The notes under the pieces are model-generated. The model was not told the DNA's origin. It made no database searches and saw only the letters and a program-made list of their open reading frames with translations. The translations under genes and the position numbers were made by a program. From an uncultured Planctomycetota bacterium (lineage in GTDB: Bacteria; Planctomycetota; Planctomycetia; Pirellulales; Lacipirellulaceae), in NCBI GenBank assembly GCA_963719315.1, contig CAVRBU010000017.1, positions 104,922 through 168,921 of the forward strand: a stretch of 64,000 nucleotides of DNA, written 5' to 3'. Below, one piece after another: positions 30,763-41,058 of this stretch (position 1 is the first letter of the stretch; each line of letters begins with the position of its first letter).

Positions 30763-32346
30763 TTAGGTGGCCGGCAGATGAAGTTTTCCGTCAACAAAGC
30801 GGCGGACCAATAACGGATTGTCGGCTCGCAGCTCCGGTGGGAGGGCCGCGTCCGGGAAGTTTTGGTAGCAAACAGGGCGCACGAAACGGAGTATCGCACG
30901 ACTGCCGACAGAAGTGGTCCGCGAATCCGAAGACGCCGGGTACGGCCCGCCATGGACAATCGCGTCGCCCACTTCCACGCCGGTTGGAAATTGATTGAAG
31001 ATCAGTCGGCCGGCGCGGGTTTCCAGTACGGAAATCAATTCTGTGGCGTCGGCCAAATCGCTCGGTTGTCCATGAATTGTGACGGTTAGCTGGCCTTCCA
31101 AGCGCCGCGCGACGGCGATTAACTCGTCCATCGTTTTGTACTGAACCAGGAGCGTGGTGGGGCCAAACACTTCGGCGGCCAGTTCTGTGTCCGCGAGGAA
31201 AGTGGCCACGTCCGTTTCGAACAAACCCGCGCCTGCCGCCGCGCTTTGCGAAGTGACTAGTGGCACGTTCAAGCCGCGCACGTCTGAATGTTGGCTGAGT
31301 CGCTCCACGTCGTGGGCGTAGTTGCGCGCGATACCCGCATGCAACATGGTAGCCGCCGGTGTTTCGTGAATCAGTTTTTTCAGGCGATCGCGAAACGGCT
31401 CGTGGCCGTTGGTGAACACGATTCCCGGTTTCGTGCAAAACTGACCCAGGCCTAACGTAATGGATTGATGCAGCCCATCGGCAATTTGGATTCCGTTTGC
31501 ATTCAGCGCGCGGGGAAGTAGAAAGATTGGATTGACGCTGCCCATCTCAGCATAGACGGGTATTGGCTCCGGGCGCTTGGCGGCGAGATCGAATAGTGCC
31601 CGTCCACCGGTTAGCGAGCCCGTAAATCCGACCGCCTTAATGCAAGGGTGCTGAACCAGAGCGGCGCCAACCTCAATGCCAGCGTCGAACAGCAGCGAGA
31701 ACACGCCCGTTTCAAGTCCGGCCGACTTCACGGCGGCGTTGATTGCATTCCCCACTAACTCGCTCGTACCGGGGTGGGCTGGATGGGCTTTCACCACCAC
31801 GGGGCAGCCGGCCGCAAGTGCGGAAGCCGTGTCGCCACCGCCGACCGAATACGCCAGCGGAAAATTGCTCGCGCCGAAGACGGCAACCGGCCCCAGCGGA
31901 CGAAGCATCGATCGCAAGTCGGGACGCGGAATCGGCTGGCGATCGGGGAGGGCAGTTTCGATCCGGGCATCGACCCACGATCCTTCCTCGACCATCGCCG
32001 CGAACATGCGAAATTGATTCGAAGTGCGCGCTGTCTCACCGCGGATTCGCGGCTCGGCAAGCGCTGTCTCCTGACGCACTCGGTCGACCAATTCGTCGAC
32101 GATCGCATCGATATTGCCCGCGATCGTACCCAAAAACTCGGCCCTTTTCCGGCCGGGCAATTTGCGGTAACTCGCGAAAGCTGTTTCCGCCGCCGATGCG
32201 GCGTCGTCGACCTGTTGCAACGTGGCTGCACAATAGGTTGGCGGCAGCGGCTCGCCCGTCGCTGGGTTGATCGCGGAGAACTCTTTGCCGGCGGCGCCGC
32301 CGACCGACATTCCTCCGATCAAGGACAACCCCGTCAGTTTCGACAT
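30763..32346 (-). CDS. Aldehyde dehydrogenase (NADP+), alpha-ketoglutaric semialdehyde dehydrogenase-like
   Basis: VFGASNFPLA, GFTGS, EMGSVNP, GQFCTKPG, EVFGP and HGGPYPA. Confidence 0.9.
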   Translation of the reverse strand: MSKLTGLSLIGGMSVGGAAGKEFSAINPATGEPLPPTYCAATLQQVDDAASAAETAFASYRKLPGRKRAEFLGTIAGNIDAIVDELVDRVRQETALAEPRIRGETARTSNQFRMFAAMVEEGSWVDARIETALPDRQPIPRPDLRSMLRPLGPVAVFGASNFPLAYSVGGGDTASALAAGCPVVVKAHPAHPGTSELVGNAINAAVKSAGLETGVFSLLFDAGIEVGAALVQHPCIKAVGFTGSLTGGRALFDLAAKRPEPIPVYAEMGSVNPIFLLPRALNANGIQIADGLHQSITLGLGQFCTKPGIVFTNGHEPFRDRLKKLIHETPAATMLHAGIARNYAHDVERLSQHSDVRGLNVPLVTSQSAAAGAGLFETDVATFLADTELAAEVFGPTTLLVQYKTMDELIAVARRLEGQLTVTIHGQPSDLADATELISVLETRAGRLIFNQFPTGVEVGDAIVHGGPYPASSDSRTTSVGSRAILRFVRPVCYQNFPDAALPPELRADNPLLVRRFVDGKLHLPAT

Positions 32347-32433
32347 CGCCGTTCTTCCTTCCGAATACTGCTGCGGCGCTTCCAGTCCTTCTTCATGAAC
32401 TGGTATTGAGTACTCTGGCCATGCTGAATGGAT

Positions 32434-32526
32434 GGTGGTGTCCTAATTTGCGGTACAACAAACTTGTAGCACGGACTTCAGTCCGTGATTCTCGTACGGA
32501 CTGAAGTCCGTGCTACAAAGTTCCGG
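32434..32526 (+). mobile_element. MITE copy 3, truncated on the right
   Basis: Left TIR plus a perfect internal REP doublet; right TIR absent. Confidence 0.85.
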
Positions 32527-32608
32527 CATGCTCTCCCGTCGCGGCGGGTGGGCATGTCTCGGGCCGAATCATGCCTACACCGCAGCGCGCCGAAGGCATG
32601 CCACTCAT
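32525..32608. repeat. CATG-rich palindromic element, copy 2 (inverted, fused to MITE copy 3)
   Basis: ggcatgctctccc...gcatgtctcgggccgaatcatgcctac...gcatgccac matches the reverse complement of 24585-24680. Confidence 0.75.
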
Positions 32609-32726
32609 AATTTCACTCGTGGAAGACCACGAAATAAGATATCGGAAGTTTGCTTCATTAGCGAGGTGGCTGCGCGACCGGCTACATTTATCATTCGCGG
32701 CTCGGATGGGCCGGCCTGCCTGCCGA

Positions 32727-34516
32727 TTATCGCCGCCGTCGTGGGCGGTAGGCGGCCAGTGCCATGAAAAGAAGGGCGGCGGTACTGGGTTCGGGGACTG
32801 CGGACGCCTCGAACACTTGTGCTCCGAACGCCAGATCTTGTGCGGAGTAGATGAGTTTTTGCAACGAGAAGTCGAAATTGGTGAAGGCGTCGTCGGTCTG
32901 GTTTTTCTTGGGATCGATCATGACCCAGACGGTGTCGCCGACATTCAGTGCGCCGAGGTTGCGGTCGAAGCTGGTTAGCAGGCCGTTCGTCAATACGTTT
33001 TGACCGGCGCCGATCAGCGTGTCATTCACGTAAACCAACACTTGTAATCCATCATCCTTGGGTGCGAGCGCGCTGTTCGCCAACTGGATCGAGGTATCGG
33101 TGAGGCGATAGAAGCCGGCGCCGTCTTGCAGTTGGATGGTATAACCGGCCATCGGCAGATATTTGGGTTGACCGGGGTGGCCACGTTCGGCGGTGAGAGA
33201 CAAGTAATCGTCGGCGTGTCCTTTAGGATTGGGAATCGTGGTTGCTCCGCCGGTGGTGTTGTAGGCTTGGGCCGACTCGCTCCACAACAGCGGCACATAC
33301 GCAGACGAATTCCCGAGTTTGCCCTTGGGATCCCAGGCGTACTTCCATCCGGTAGACGGCGATCCGGTTTGAAAATCGGCTTGGTAGCCACTGATCGGAA
33401 CCCAGTCGGCCGTGTAGCCTGGCGAGCTGGCGGGTGAGCCGGCCGGGCCATCGACGGTGATCTGGCGGCGGAGTAACTGAGCATCTTTCCAGCGCCCCCA
33501 GGCCCCTTTCTTGCTGTCGGTGTAGTAGACGTAGAACGACTGGCCGGAGTGCGTGGGATCGGGTCCGGTGCCGAGAATGGATGGATAAAACTGTTCGCCG
33601 GGATCGACAGCCACCGGCTGGCGCGGCGCCCAGTTGACGCCGTCGGACGACGTTGTCATGGCTAGGTCGACGCCATTGGCCGACCCTTGCGAACTGACCA
33701 TCACGAGTTGACCTAGATAGTCGTTGTTTGAAACCGACAACCAAGAATTGCCCGGATTGAGGTTTTCGAGATACGACGATTTCCCTCCCAGGCCAGACTC
33801 CGTCCAGCCGCCGTTGTAGTACTTGGTGAAGGAAGTTCCTTGGCCGACGAGCGCGTTGCTCAACAAATCAATAATCGGCGCCGCGCGACGGCAACCTGGT
33901 TGATCGAGCCATCCGCCATCCAATCGGTGTAGTACACATTGAAATAGCCATTGACGACGGCGAACGAACCGCCGCCGACTTCGGCCAAGCCCGTCGGCAA
34001 GTTCGGCTGGATGATGACTCCCAGGTCGCGGAACGTTCGCCCGTCCGGATCGGTCGAAATCGCCATCCCCAAGACGCTGTGGAATTTTTTGTGTTTGCCC
34101 CCTTCTTCCGCGTGATAGATCATTAGCCGCGCGCCGCTGTAGGGATCCTCGAAAACAGGCCCGCCGGACAGATAGCTGAAAGCTTTCTTCGGTACGCCCG
34201 TAATCGAGACCTTTGATTTCGAACCGCCCGGATTGGTCAACGTGCCCGTCGTCATCACTGGCTTCGAGCCGTTGGCACCGTAGAAGTCGTACGTGCCGTC
34301 GCCGTTGGCGACGGCGCCGAGACTGCCATCGGGCCAGGTCGAGCCGCCGGCTGATTTTCGTTGTGATTTCGTGAACACGATTTCCGGCGAGCCGATCGTG
34401 AAATCGACGGCGCGGGCGGCACCGAGGTCGGCGAAAACGGTCGCCAGCAGGACCGCGAATTTGGTACACCCAAATGCGATAGCACGAATCTGTGGGGTGG
34501 GATGAAAAGACGTCAT
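32727..34516 (-). CDS. PEP-CTERM surface protein with beta-propeller (glycoside-hydrolase-like) domain, frameshifted near 33880
   Basis: Signal-like N-terminus; WPDG, LMIYHAE, AISTD..GRTF and SSDGVNW (Asp-box-like); C-terminus VPEPSTAALLFMALAAYRPRRRR. Confidence 0.8.
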
Positions 34517-34760
34517 TGGCGAAGTTCTCAGACTCTGAGTAGAAGAGAGGAGCTTGACGAGGTGTAGCGCCAGCGACATCGCAGGCCTTGCTCGAAGAAG
34601 CGTCAGGAGCCTATTCCCAGCCTAATTGGGGAATGGCGAGAATGGCCGATTGCTGCCGAATAGCAACGTGGCGGGTCGCTGATCGTGTCGGTGAAATCGG
34701 CTTTGAGGAATTTGCGGGGAGAATCCGCAGAAAAGCTCGAGCCGGACAAGCGTCGCAGCG

Positions 34761-35918
34761 CTAGGCGGCTCGTTTTTTGGCGGCTGTCCTGTCCGCCGCC
34801 GCGGCCAGAATTCGATCGGCGAATTCTTCGGCGGGTCGCAGGCTGTGGTGCTCGCGAATCGCGCGGGCGGCGCGTTGGCCCATCGTGCGCCATTCGTCAC
34901 GCCGGTTCCAGGCGCGCTCAAGAACTTCATCCAGCAGTTCGGCCGTCGCGGCGGGAGCGATGAAGCCGCTTTCGTTGTCGTCGATCAACTCGCCCGCCCG
35001 GCCCACGCGCGTCGTGATCGGCACGCGGCCGCACATCATGGCTTCGATAAGCGATAGCGCATTTCCTTCGGCCCGCGATGGCAACAGCAAACCATGGTGT
35101 TCGGACCACAATTGCTCGATGTTGCTGGAAACGCCGCCATAGCTAATCTGCCGGTGCAAGCCGTAAACATCAATGGCCCGTTGGAGTTGCTTCAAATTTC
35201 CGTTGTCGTTTCCCCATAATGTGATGTGGAGTGGACGAACGCGCCACTTCGGCATCCGCAGGACGCGCACGATGAGGTCCTGGCTCTTGGTGATGTAATG
35301 GATGCGGGCAACGCACGCCAACTTCCAAAGACGCGCAGTGGCCGGCCACGCGGGCGCTGCGTCCACGCGAACCGTGAATGGATTATCCACGATCTCGGCG
35401 TGCCGCAATTCGGACGCCAGATTGGACTCGATCGTTTCGCGGTTGTCGTTGGAAACGAAGAAACAGCGGTTGGCATGTGCATACGCGGAACGGTAGTCGT
35501 CCAGTGCTCGCGGATCCATCCAATTGTGCGGCCCGGCCGCTTGGAGGACGATCGCATAAGGGATGCCCAATTCGCGGCAGGTGTTCGTGATTTGCGGATC
35601 GTCGGTGTGGCTGGAAAAGGAAATCACCACGAAATCGGGCCGGCACTTGCGGAGCCACGGCATGTATTTGAGCCGCGAAAGCCGCATTTTTTGCAGTGCT
35701 TCGCGAAGCGAGCGGCCCATGCGTCGCCGCGAGCGGAACTGGGCCTGGGCGCCCTGAGCGATCAGACTCTGAAGCGGTTCAGCGGGCTCCGGCCAGCTCA
35801 CGCTGTTAAACGCCACCTCATGACCGCGCCTCAAAAGCGCCTCCGCCGCTCGGCACCAGAGTTCTTCGCTACCGCCCCACGGCATGCCGGCCATCGTTGA
35901 GAAAAAAGCTATCCGCAT
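34761..35918 (-). CDS. Glycosyltransferase family 4
   Basis: WGGSEELW; LLPSRAEGNALSLIEAMMCGRVPI (EX7E). Confidence 0.9.
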   Translation of the reverse strand: MRIAFFSTMAGMPWGGSEELWCRAAEALLRRGHEVAFNSVSWPEPAEPLQSLIAQGAQAQFRSRRRMGRSLREALQKMRLSRLKYMPWLRKCRPDFVVISFSSHTDDPQITNTCRELGIPYAIVLQAAGPHNWMDPRALDDYRSAYAHANRCFFVSNDNRETIESNLASELRHAEIVDNPFTVRVDAAPAWPATARLWKLACVARIHYITKSQDLIVRVLRMPKWRVRPLHITLWGNDNGNLKQLQRAIDVYGLHRQISYGGVSSNIEQLWSEHHGLLLPSRAEGNALSLIEAMMCGRVPITTRVGRAGELIDDNESGFIAPAATAELLDEVLERAWNRRDEWRTMGQRAARAIREHHSLRPAEEFADRILAAAADRTAAKKRAA

Positions 35919-35949
35919 TGTGCGCTCGGCAGAGAAATACGCTCTGGCA

Positions 35950-36840
35950 TCACGCCGCATGCTGCACTTGACGCAGTGCGCGAAGTCCAGCGCCTCTTGC
36001 TTCTGTTTGCGAAATGCCGCGTGCCTCTACCGGGAGTTTCGCGAGACCATCGGCGCAGCGGATGGGGCGTTCCACATGCAGGCGTCCAACATTCGGGCCG
36101 TCGGTCCATTTCGCCGGTCGTGAAGGCGTCGTCGGATGCCACATGTGATAGGCGTGCGTGTAGCCCAACGCGGAAGCAATTCGCTTGCCGGCCCTTCGCA
36201 ACCGAAAGGCCAAGTCATCATCCTCGCAGCCCCAGCCGACAAAACTTTCGTCGAAGCCGTTGACGTCGGCGAGGTCGGCACGCGAAATGCCGATGTTGTA
36301 ACCGGCCAGCTTCGGCTTCGTCGGATGTCGAATCAGATGATAATAGTGGTCTTTGATTCTCCTTTGGAAGAGTCGCCGCCACTCTTCGCGCGACACCCAG
36401 GCGCGATAGCCGCCGGAATCAATTACCTCGGCATCGATACGATCGGTTGTTTCTTCATCGAAGCGAAAGCACTCGCCGGCCCGCACGATACCCGGCCTGC
36501 TGGCCTGCAGATGCTTCTGCAAATGGTCGACCGGGAATAGGCAGTCGCTATCGGTAAATAGATAGTAGGGCGCACTGCTGGCGCGCACGCCGTCGTTACG
36601 GCACAGCGATACGCGAAAACCTCGATGCGCGTGTGTGATCCACTGAACCGGAAAATCGGCCGTGCGCACGAATTTGCGGACAATCTCGTGAGAATGGTCC
36701 TGAGAACCGTCATCGGCAACGATGACTTCGAACTTCCCGTCGATGCCACGTTGAAGTGCAAGCGAACGAAGGCAACGCTCCAGATGCGCGGGCCGCTGGT
36801 ACGTCGTTAGGATCACCGACAATTCGAGCTGTGCTGGCAT
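35950..36840 (-). CDS. Glycosyltransferase family 2 (GT7C-like C-terminus)
   Basis: SVILTTYQRP, VADDGS, FTDSD and NGFDESFVGWGCEDDDL. Confidence 0.9.
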   Translation of the reverse strand: MPAQLELSVILTTYQRPAHLERCLRSLALQRGIDGKFEVIVADDGSQDHSHEIVRKFVRTADFPVQWITHAHRGFRVSLCRNDGVRASSAPYYLFTDSDCLFPVDHLQKHLQASRPGIVRAGECFRFDEETTDRIDAEVIDSGGYRAWVSREEWRRLFQRRIKDHYYHLIRHPTKPKLAGYNIGISRADLADVNGFDESFVGWGCEDDDLAFRLRRAGKRIASALGYTHAYHMWHPTTPSRPAKWTDGPNVGRLHVERPIRCADGLAKLPVEARGISQTEARGAGLRALRQVQHAA

Positions 36841-36970
36841 GATTCCATTCGCTGGCATGTTTGGCCCGAAGAGTGTAGCGGAAAGCGGGGCGGGCGGACA
36901 ATACGAGACTGACGCGGAGAACACCCCGAAATGGGGGCGATCTTGGTCGAATGGGCCGCGAAGTCGCCCG

Positions 36971-38014
36971 TCATGCCGCGCGACGTTTGCCGCGAATGAA
37001 CTGCTTGGCGGTGCGGACCTGCGACTTCCATTTCTTGCTCAGCGGCCGATAGTGGAAGTCCCACCACTGCTGCAAGAAGTTTTCGGGCCGCTCCGGCCGC
37101 CAGTCTTTCCAATCGGTGTGGTCGAGGCAGCCAAAAAAGTCGCGGGCAAACGGATGCCGGCAGAAGTATTGCCACGGCTTCGAGGGCGAGCAGTAGTGCA
37201 CAATCCAAGGTGAGTTCCGCAGTCGCGCAAAAGTCTCGCGATCGAGCGGGCTTTTGCGCCAGTTGGGGTACGCGAATACGTGTGCATTTTGATTCCACCG
37301 GCAGTCCACGGCGCCCCACTTACGGGCCAGCACGACGTTCAACGCATATTGATCCCACCACAAAATGTGTTTGCGGTGCGCGCAGGCAATCGAGCATTTG
37401 CTCGGCATACTGCTCCCGCCGCCATTTCTCGATGTTCGCGACGAGCAGGCCACCATTGAAATAGGGCGCATCCGGCGGCAAACCCAGTTCGCGGTAGTTC
37501 ACGATCGGCGTAAAGGCGCACAAATACTCGCGACAATCGGCAAATCGCGGTAGCGACGCGGCAGCATCCATGTAAGGAGCAGCAACGTCCTGCACCGCCA
37601 GCACGGCGTGCGGGCCTTGATCCTCATCCCATAAATTACCGAGGTCCCGTCGCACGAGCATGTCGGCATCGATGTAAATCGCTCGCGTCACGTGCTCTGG
37701 CAGCACCTTGGCCATCAGCAGACGAAGATAGGTCACGACATTAACCTGGTAGCTGATAAACAGGTCACGGACCTGCTCCATATCGGGACGAATCCACTCG
37801 ACGGCGAGGCGAGGATCGCGCCACGACTTTAGCAGACGATCCTTGCTCACGTCGCTCAAGCCGCCGTCGAGAACGTACAGCCGCATACGGCGGTCGGGCG
37901 TAAGTGGTCGAGAGCGGACCGGATTGTCACCGCCAGCGGCATCGCATAGCCGTCGTCAGTCGCACTGACGACGACGATGTCGCGCTCCGTCTCGGTGGTC
38001 GAATGTGATTTCAT
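36971..38014 (-). CDS. Glycosyltransferase family 8, two frameshifts (~37900, ~37375)
   Basis: ATDDGYAMPLAVTI, TYLRLL, AIYIDAD, YFNGGLLV, DQYALN and HYCSPSKPW distributed over three frames. Confidence 0.88.
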
Positions 38015-38041
38015 GGACGGCGCTGCTGAAGTCGTCGTGTC

Positions 38042-39070
38042 TCATGCCGCGGCCTTGGTCGACTGGGAACTAAGCACCGGGGCGGTAGTCTCCGATGTCT
38101 CCATCGCCAACGTGCGTGGCCGGCGAAATGCGTTGGAGATGCTCAGCTTGAACGCCTTCCACAGATATTCAACGTGTTTCCGCCGCAGCAACCACGCCCG
38201 CCACAGCATTTTCGGAGCGCGAGAGCGGTCTGCGGATGGATCGACCAGCGGATTGGTTTTTTCGTGAAACTCGGCTGCTCTCAGGTACGCTAAAGACAAA
38301 TATTTCCGGCACATTTTCTCGCGGGCGCCCGGCAACTGCAGAAACCCCGCGGCGACTTGCACGTGGGCCTCTTGCACGGCGCACATCTTGCCCGTCGCTG
38401 CCTCGGCATGGTTCCTGCGGTACAGACAGTGCACGCCACCGACGTAGTGAAACGTCTTGCCCGCCGCAGCGCACCGCAACCAGTATTCAAGGTCCTCGCA
38501 ATAGCGGTATTCCGTGTTCCACGGTCCGACTTCCGCGAGCACTGTGCGTCGCATGACTGTGGCCGAGGGCGTAACAAAGTTGCGCAGCAGCAAGCCCTCG
38601 GGAAACTCCTTGATGTCGCGTGACTCGGGCCCCCAAACGCCAATCAACAAGTCCGACTTGTCCTCGATCATGACAACGGAACAGTACACGATTTCCTTGC
38701 CGGAAGTTTCAATAACCTCGCGCATCACGGCCAGATAGTCGGGGAACCAGCGGTCGTCTGAATCCAGGAGCGCCACATACTGGCCGCGAACTTGCTTGAA
38801 CGCCGCGTTGCGCGTGTGCGAAGGGCCAAAGTTTTGCTCGCTGCGACTGTACGTCACACGATGCCCCCGATGACGGGCGGCAAAATCGCGCACGATACCT
38901 TCGGTCGGGCCGCAAGAACCGTCCTCGACCACAATGACTTCCCAGTTTTTGTCGGTTTGGGCACTAATTGACTCAAGCGCTGCCCCGATGAATCGCTCGC
39001 CGCGATACGTCGGTACCACGACTGACACGAGCCCCGGTTGCTCTTCGTGCTCGAATGCAATGTCGTTCAT
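38042..39070 (-). CDS. Glycosyltransferase family 2
   Basis: VSVVVPTY, VVEDGS, ALLDSDD and CEDLEYWLR. Confidence 0.9.
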   Translation of the reverse strand: MNDIAFEHEEQPGLVSVVVPTYRGERFIGAALESISAQTDKNWEVIVVEDGSCGPTEGIVRDFAARHRGHRVTYSRSEQNFGPSHTRNAAFKQVRGQYVALLDSDDRWFPDYLAVMREVIETSGKEIVYCSVVMIEDKSDLLIGVWGPESRDIKEFPEGLLLRNFVTPSATVMRRTVLAEVGPWNTEYRYCEDLEYWLRCAAAGKTFHYVGGVHCLYRRNHAEAATGKMCAVQEAHVQVAAGFLQLPGAREKMCRKYLSLAYLRAAEFHEKTNPLVDPSADRSRAPKMLWRAWLLRRKHVEYLWKAFKLSISNAFRRPRTLAMETSETTAPVLSSQSTKAAA

Positions 39071-39125
39071 TTCCGTCGTCGTAACAGTTTTCGAATTCGC
39101 GGCAAGCTTCACCAGATCGCTTCGA

Positions 39126-39842
39126 TTAGAGTAACCACACCGAGGCGCACTGCTCGCGCGGCCCGCCAAACTCATCGACGGCCTGTTTCACGCCCGGAAA
39201 TTCGTCGCTGTAGTCGTGCCCTGCGATGATCTTGGCGCCCGCCTGCTTCGCCCATTCGATGTCCTTCTTCGTTTCTTCGTAATCGTGTACCGCATCGAGA
39301 AAGACCATCGTGGGCGCCGGGCCGCGGTAGCCGCTGAAAAACTCGTTCTTGTCCATGCGAATTTGTTCGACCTGGCCGGTCGAGATCAGGTATTGCAGTA
39401 CCTGTTTCGCAAGGGCCGCGTGAACGTCCGGCGGCAAGCCCCACGGGTTCCAGCAATAGTTGTCGACGGTGATGATCTTTTGCTGCGGCGACTTGGCAAG
39501 CGCTATGTTGGTTGTGGTCACGCCGAGCAACGTTCCGACTTCAATAATCGGCCCCGGGTATTGTGACGACTCACGCACCAATCGCTGAATGAAGGCAATC
39601 GCCTCCGGTTCAACGGTCGCCTGCTGCGGATGAAACCCGGCGACGCCCGCGCCGCTGCCGGTAAGATATACTTCCGCCGCCGGTTGCTGCTTGGCTTCGA
39701 CAGTCGCCGCGGCCTTTTGAGAATCCTTTGCGGTCTGCGACATCCGCCGAATCGGCCGCGACACCTCCCGCCACAATTTGCGAGCAGCGCGAGCGGCTAA
39801 AGTCTCCGTGCTCGAATCGGGTCCGATCGTCGAAGTGGCCAT
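39126..39842 (-). CDS. Class I SAM-dependent methyltransferase (Methyltransf_24-like)
   Basis: IIEVGTLLG, VFLDAVHDYE and AGHDY. Confidence 0.85.
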   Translation of the reverse strand: MATSTIGPDSSTETLAARAARKLWREVSRPIRRMSQTAKDSQKAAATVEAKQQPAAEVYLTGSGAGVAGFHPQQATVEPEAIAFIQRLVRESSQYPGPIIEVGTLLGVTTTNIALAKSPQQKIITVDNYCWNPWGLPPDVHAALAKQVLQYLISTGQVEQIRMDKNEFFSGYRGPAPTMVFLDAVHDYEETKKDIEWAKQAGAKIIAGHDYSDEFPGVKQAVDEFGGPREQCASVWLL

Positions 39843-39880
39843 GTTTATGTCTCACGGTTGAAACCGCGATTCGCCGGCGC

Positions 39881-40789
39881 TCATGAACAAATTTGAATCC
39901 AAAACGACGCGCCAAAGAACAAGTTATCGACCCCCACTTCCGGCCCAAACGATTGCTGCATGTCCGCCGTATGAAACCGCGTCATGTATTGCGTAGCGAA
40001 CAGTGTGTGATACCGCGCGGTATTGCCAAGCAGCGCTTGCAGCACGTATTGCTCGGTCCAACAAAGGTGGTCATAGCAAGTCGGATAATCGAACGGCAGA
40101 AATATATCGTGAATGTGCACGACCGTGCCGGCAGCGAGTCGCGGCAGCACTTCGCAATACAAATACGGAACATCGCCGCGCGGTCGCGTGATATGGCTCG
40201 AATCAATGAATAGCAGGCTTCGATCCGTTAGTGCAAACTGATCCAACTTTGTATCTTCCACGCGCTCGTAGATCACGCGACTGGCCGCCTCCGCAACGTC
40301 GGTCCGCGGCGCCGGATCGATGACCGTTAGCGAGGCGTCGAGCTGCGCATAATCGAGCGCTCGTCGTGCGATGAGAGTGCTGAATCCTGACCCAACCTCG
40401 ACGATCTTGTCGGGTCGAAAATCGTAAATCATCGACGCATAGATTTCCGCATCGGGCGTGGGATACCAACCGTTATGGAGGCAAGCAGTTCCCAAATAGC
40501 TTTTTCCATTGAATGGGCGGTTGATGATCGCGTCGTTACGCAACTGCTGGTAAAGCTGCTGATACGTCGGGCCGCGCCACTTCTTCAGCCGCGCGCGTTG
40601 CTCCTCGTCATTGTCATTCAGCTTCAGGCCCTGCGTGTCGATCCGCCGCGAGGGGACGTAGTGATCGTAAATGTCCGAAGCGCGCGGCAAAACATTGTGC
40701 CGCAAATAGCCCAGAAGATTGGCGTCCTCCGTCGACATGGCGGGCGAATCGTTGCGAGGGCGATCGCGGCGTTTGCGTAAGAGGCGCAT
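39881..40789 (-). CDS. Class I SAM-dependent methyltransferase (Methyltransf_24-like)
   Basis: IVEVGSGFST, LFIDSSH, HIHDIFLPFDYP and WTEQY. Confidence 0.85.
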   Translation of the reverse strand: MRLLRKRRDRPRNDSPAMSTEDANLLGYLRHNVLPRASDIYDHYVPSRRIDTQGLKLNDNDEEQRARLKKWRGPTYQQLYQQLRNDAIINRPFNGKSYLGTACLHNGWYPTPDAEIYASMIYDFRPDKIVEVGSGFSTLIARRALDYAQLDASLTVIDPAPRTDVAEAASRVIYERVEDTKLDQFALTDRSLLFIDSSHITRPRGDVPYLYCEVLPRLAAGTVVHIHDIFLPFDYPTCYDHLCWTEQYVLQALLGNTARYHTLFATQYMTRFHTADMQQSFGPEVGVDNLFFGASFWIQICS

Positions 40790-41058
40790 AACGTTTCTTC
40801 GATGGGTCGCGGAACGTCGCCGGTCGCAGCCAGCAACGCTATCGGTTGGCGCCTCCGGGCGTCAGGACGCAAAAGGGGGGAAAGGAAGATAGTTATTCGC
40901 CCCTCGGCCGGTCAAGTTCGATTGCACTCCCGCTCGTCGGATTTCTCGCTCCCCGAAGCTGGCATGCTGCTATCAGTATTGACCCACATGCTGTCGTATC
41001 TATAGGTTGCCCTGGCTCGCCACCCTTTTATGAGCGGCTCGCTCACGGAGGACCGTTT

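Noticed and set aside
40850..40920. c-di-GMP-I riboswitch (GGACGCAAA motif)
   Set aside because: The upstream GGCAAA/GAAA-tetraloop stem and the downstream P3 elements are not present.
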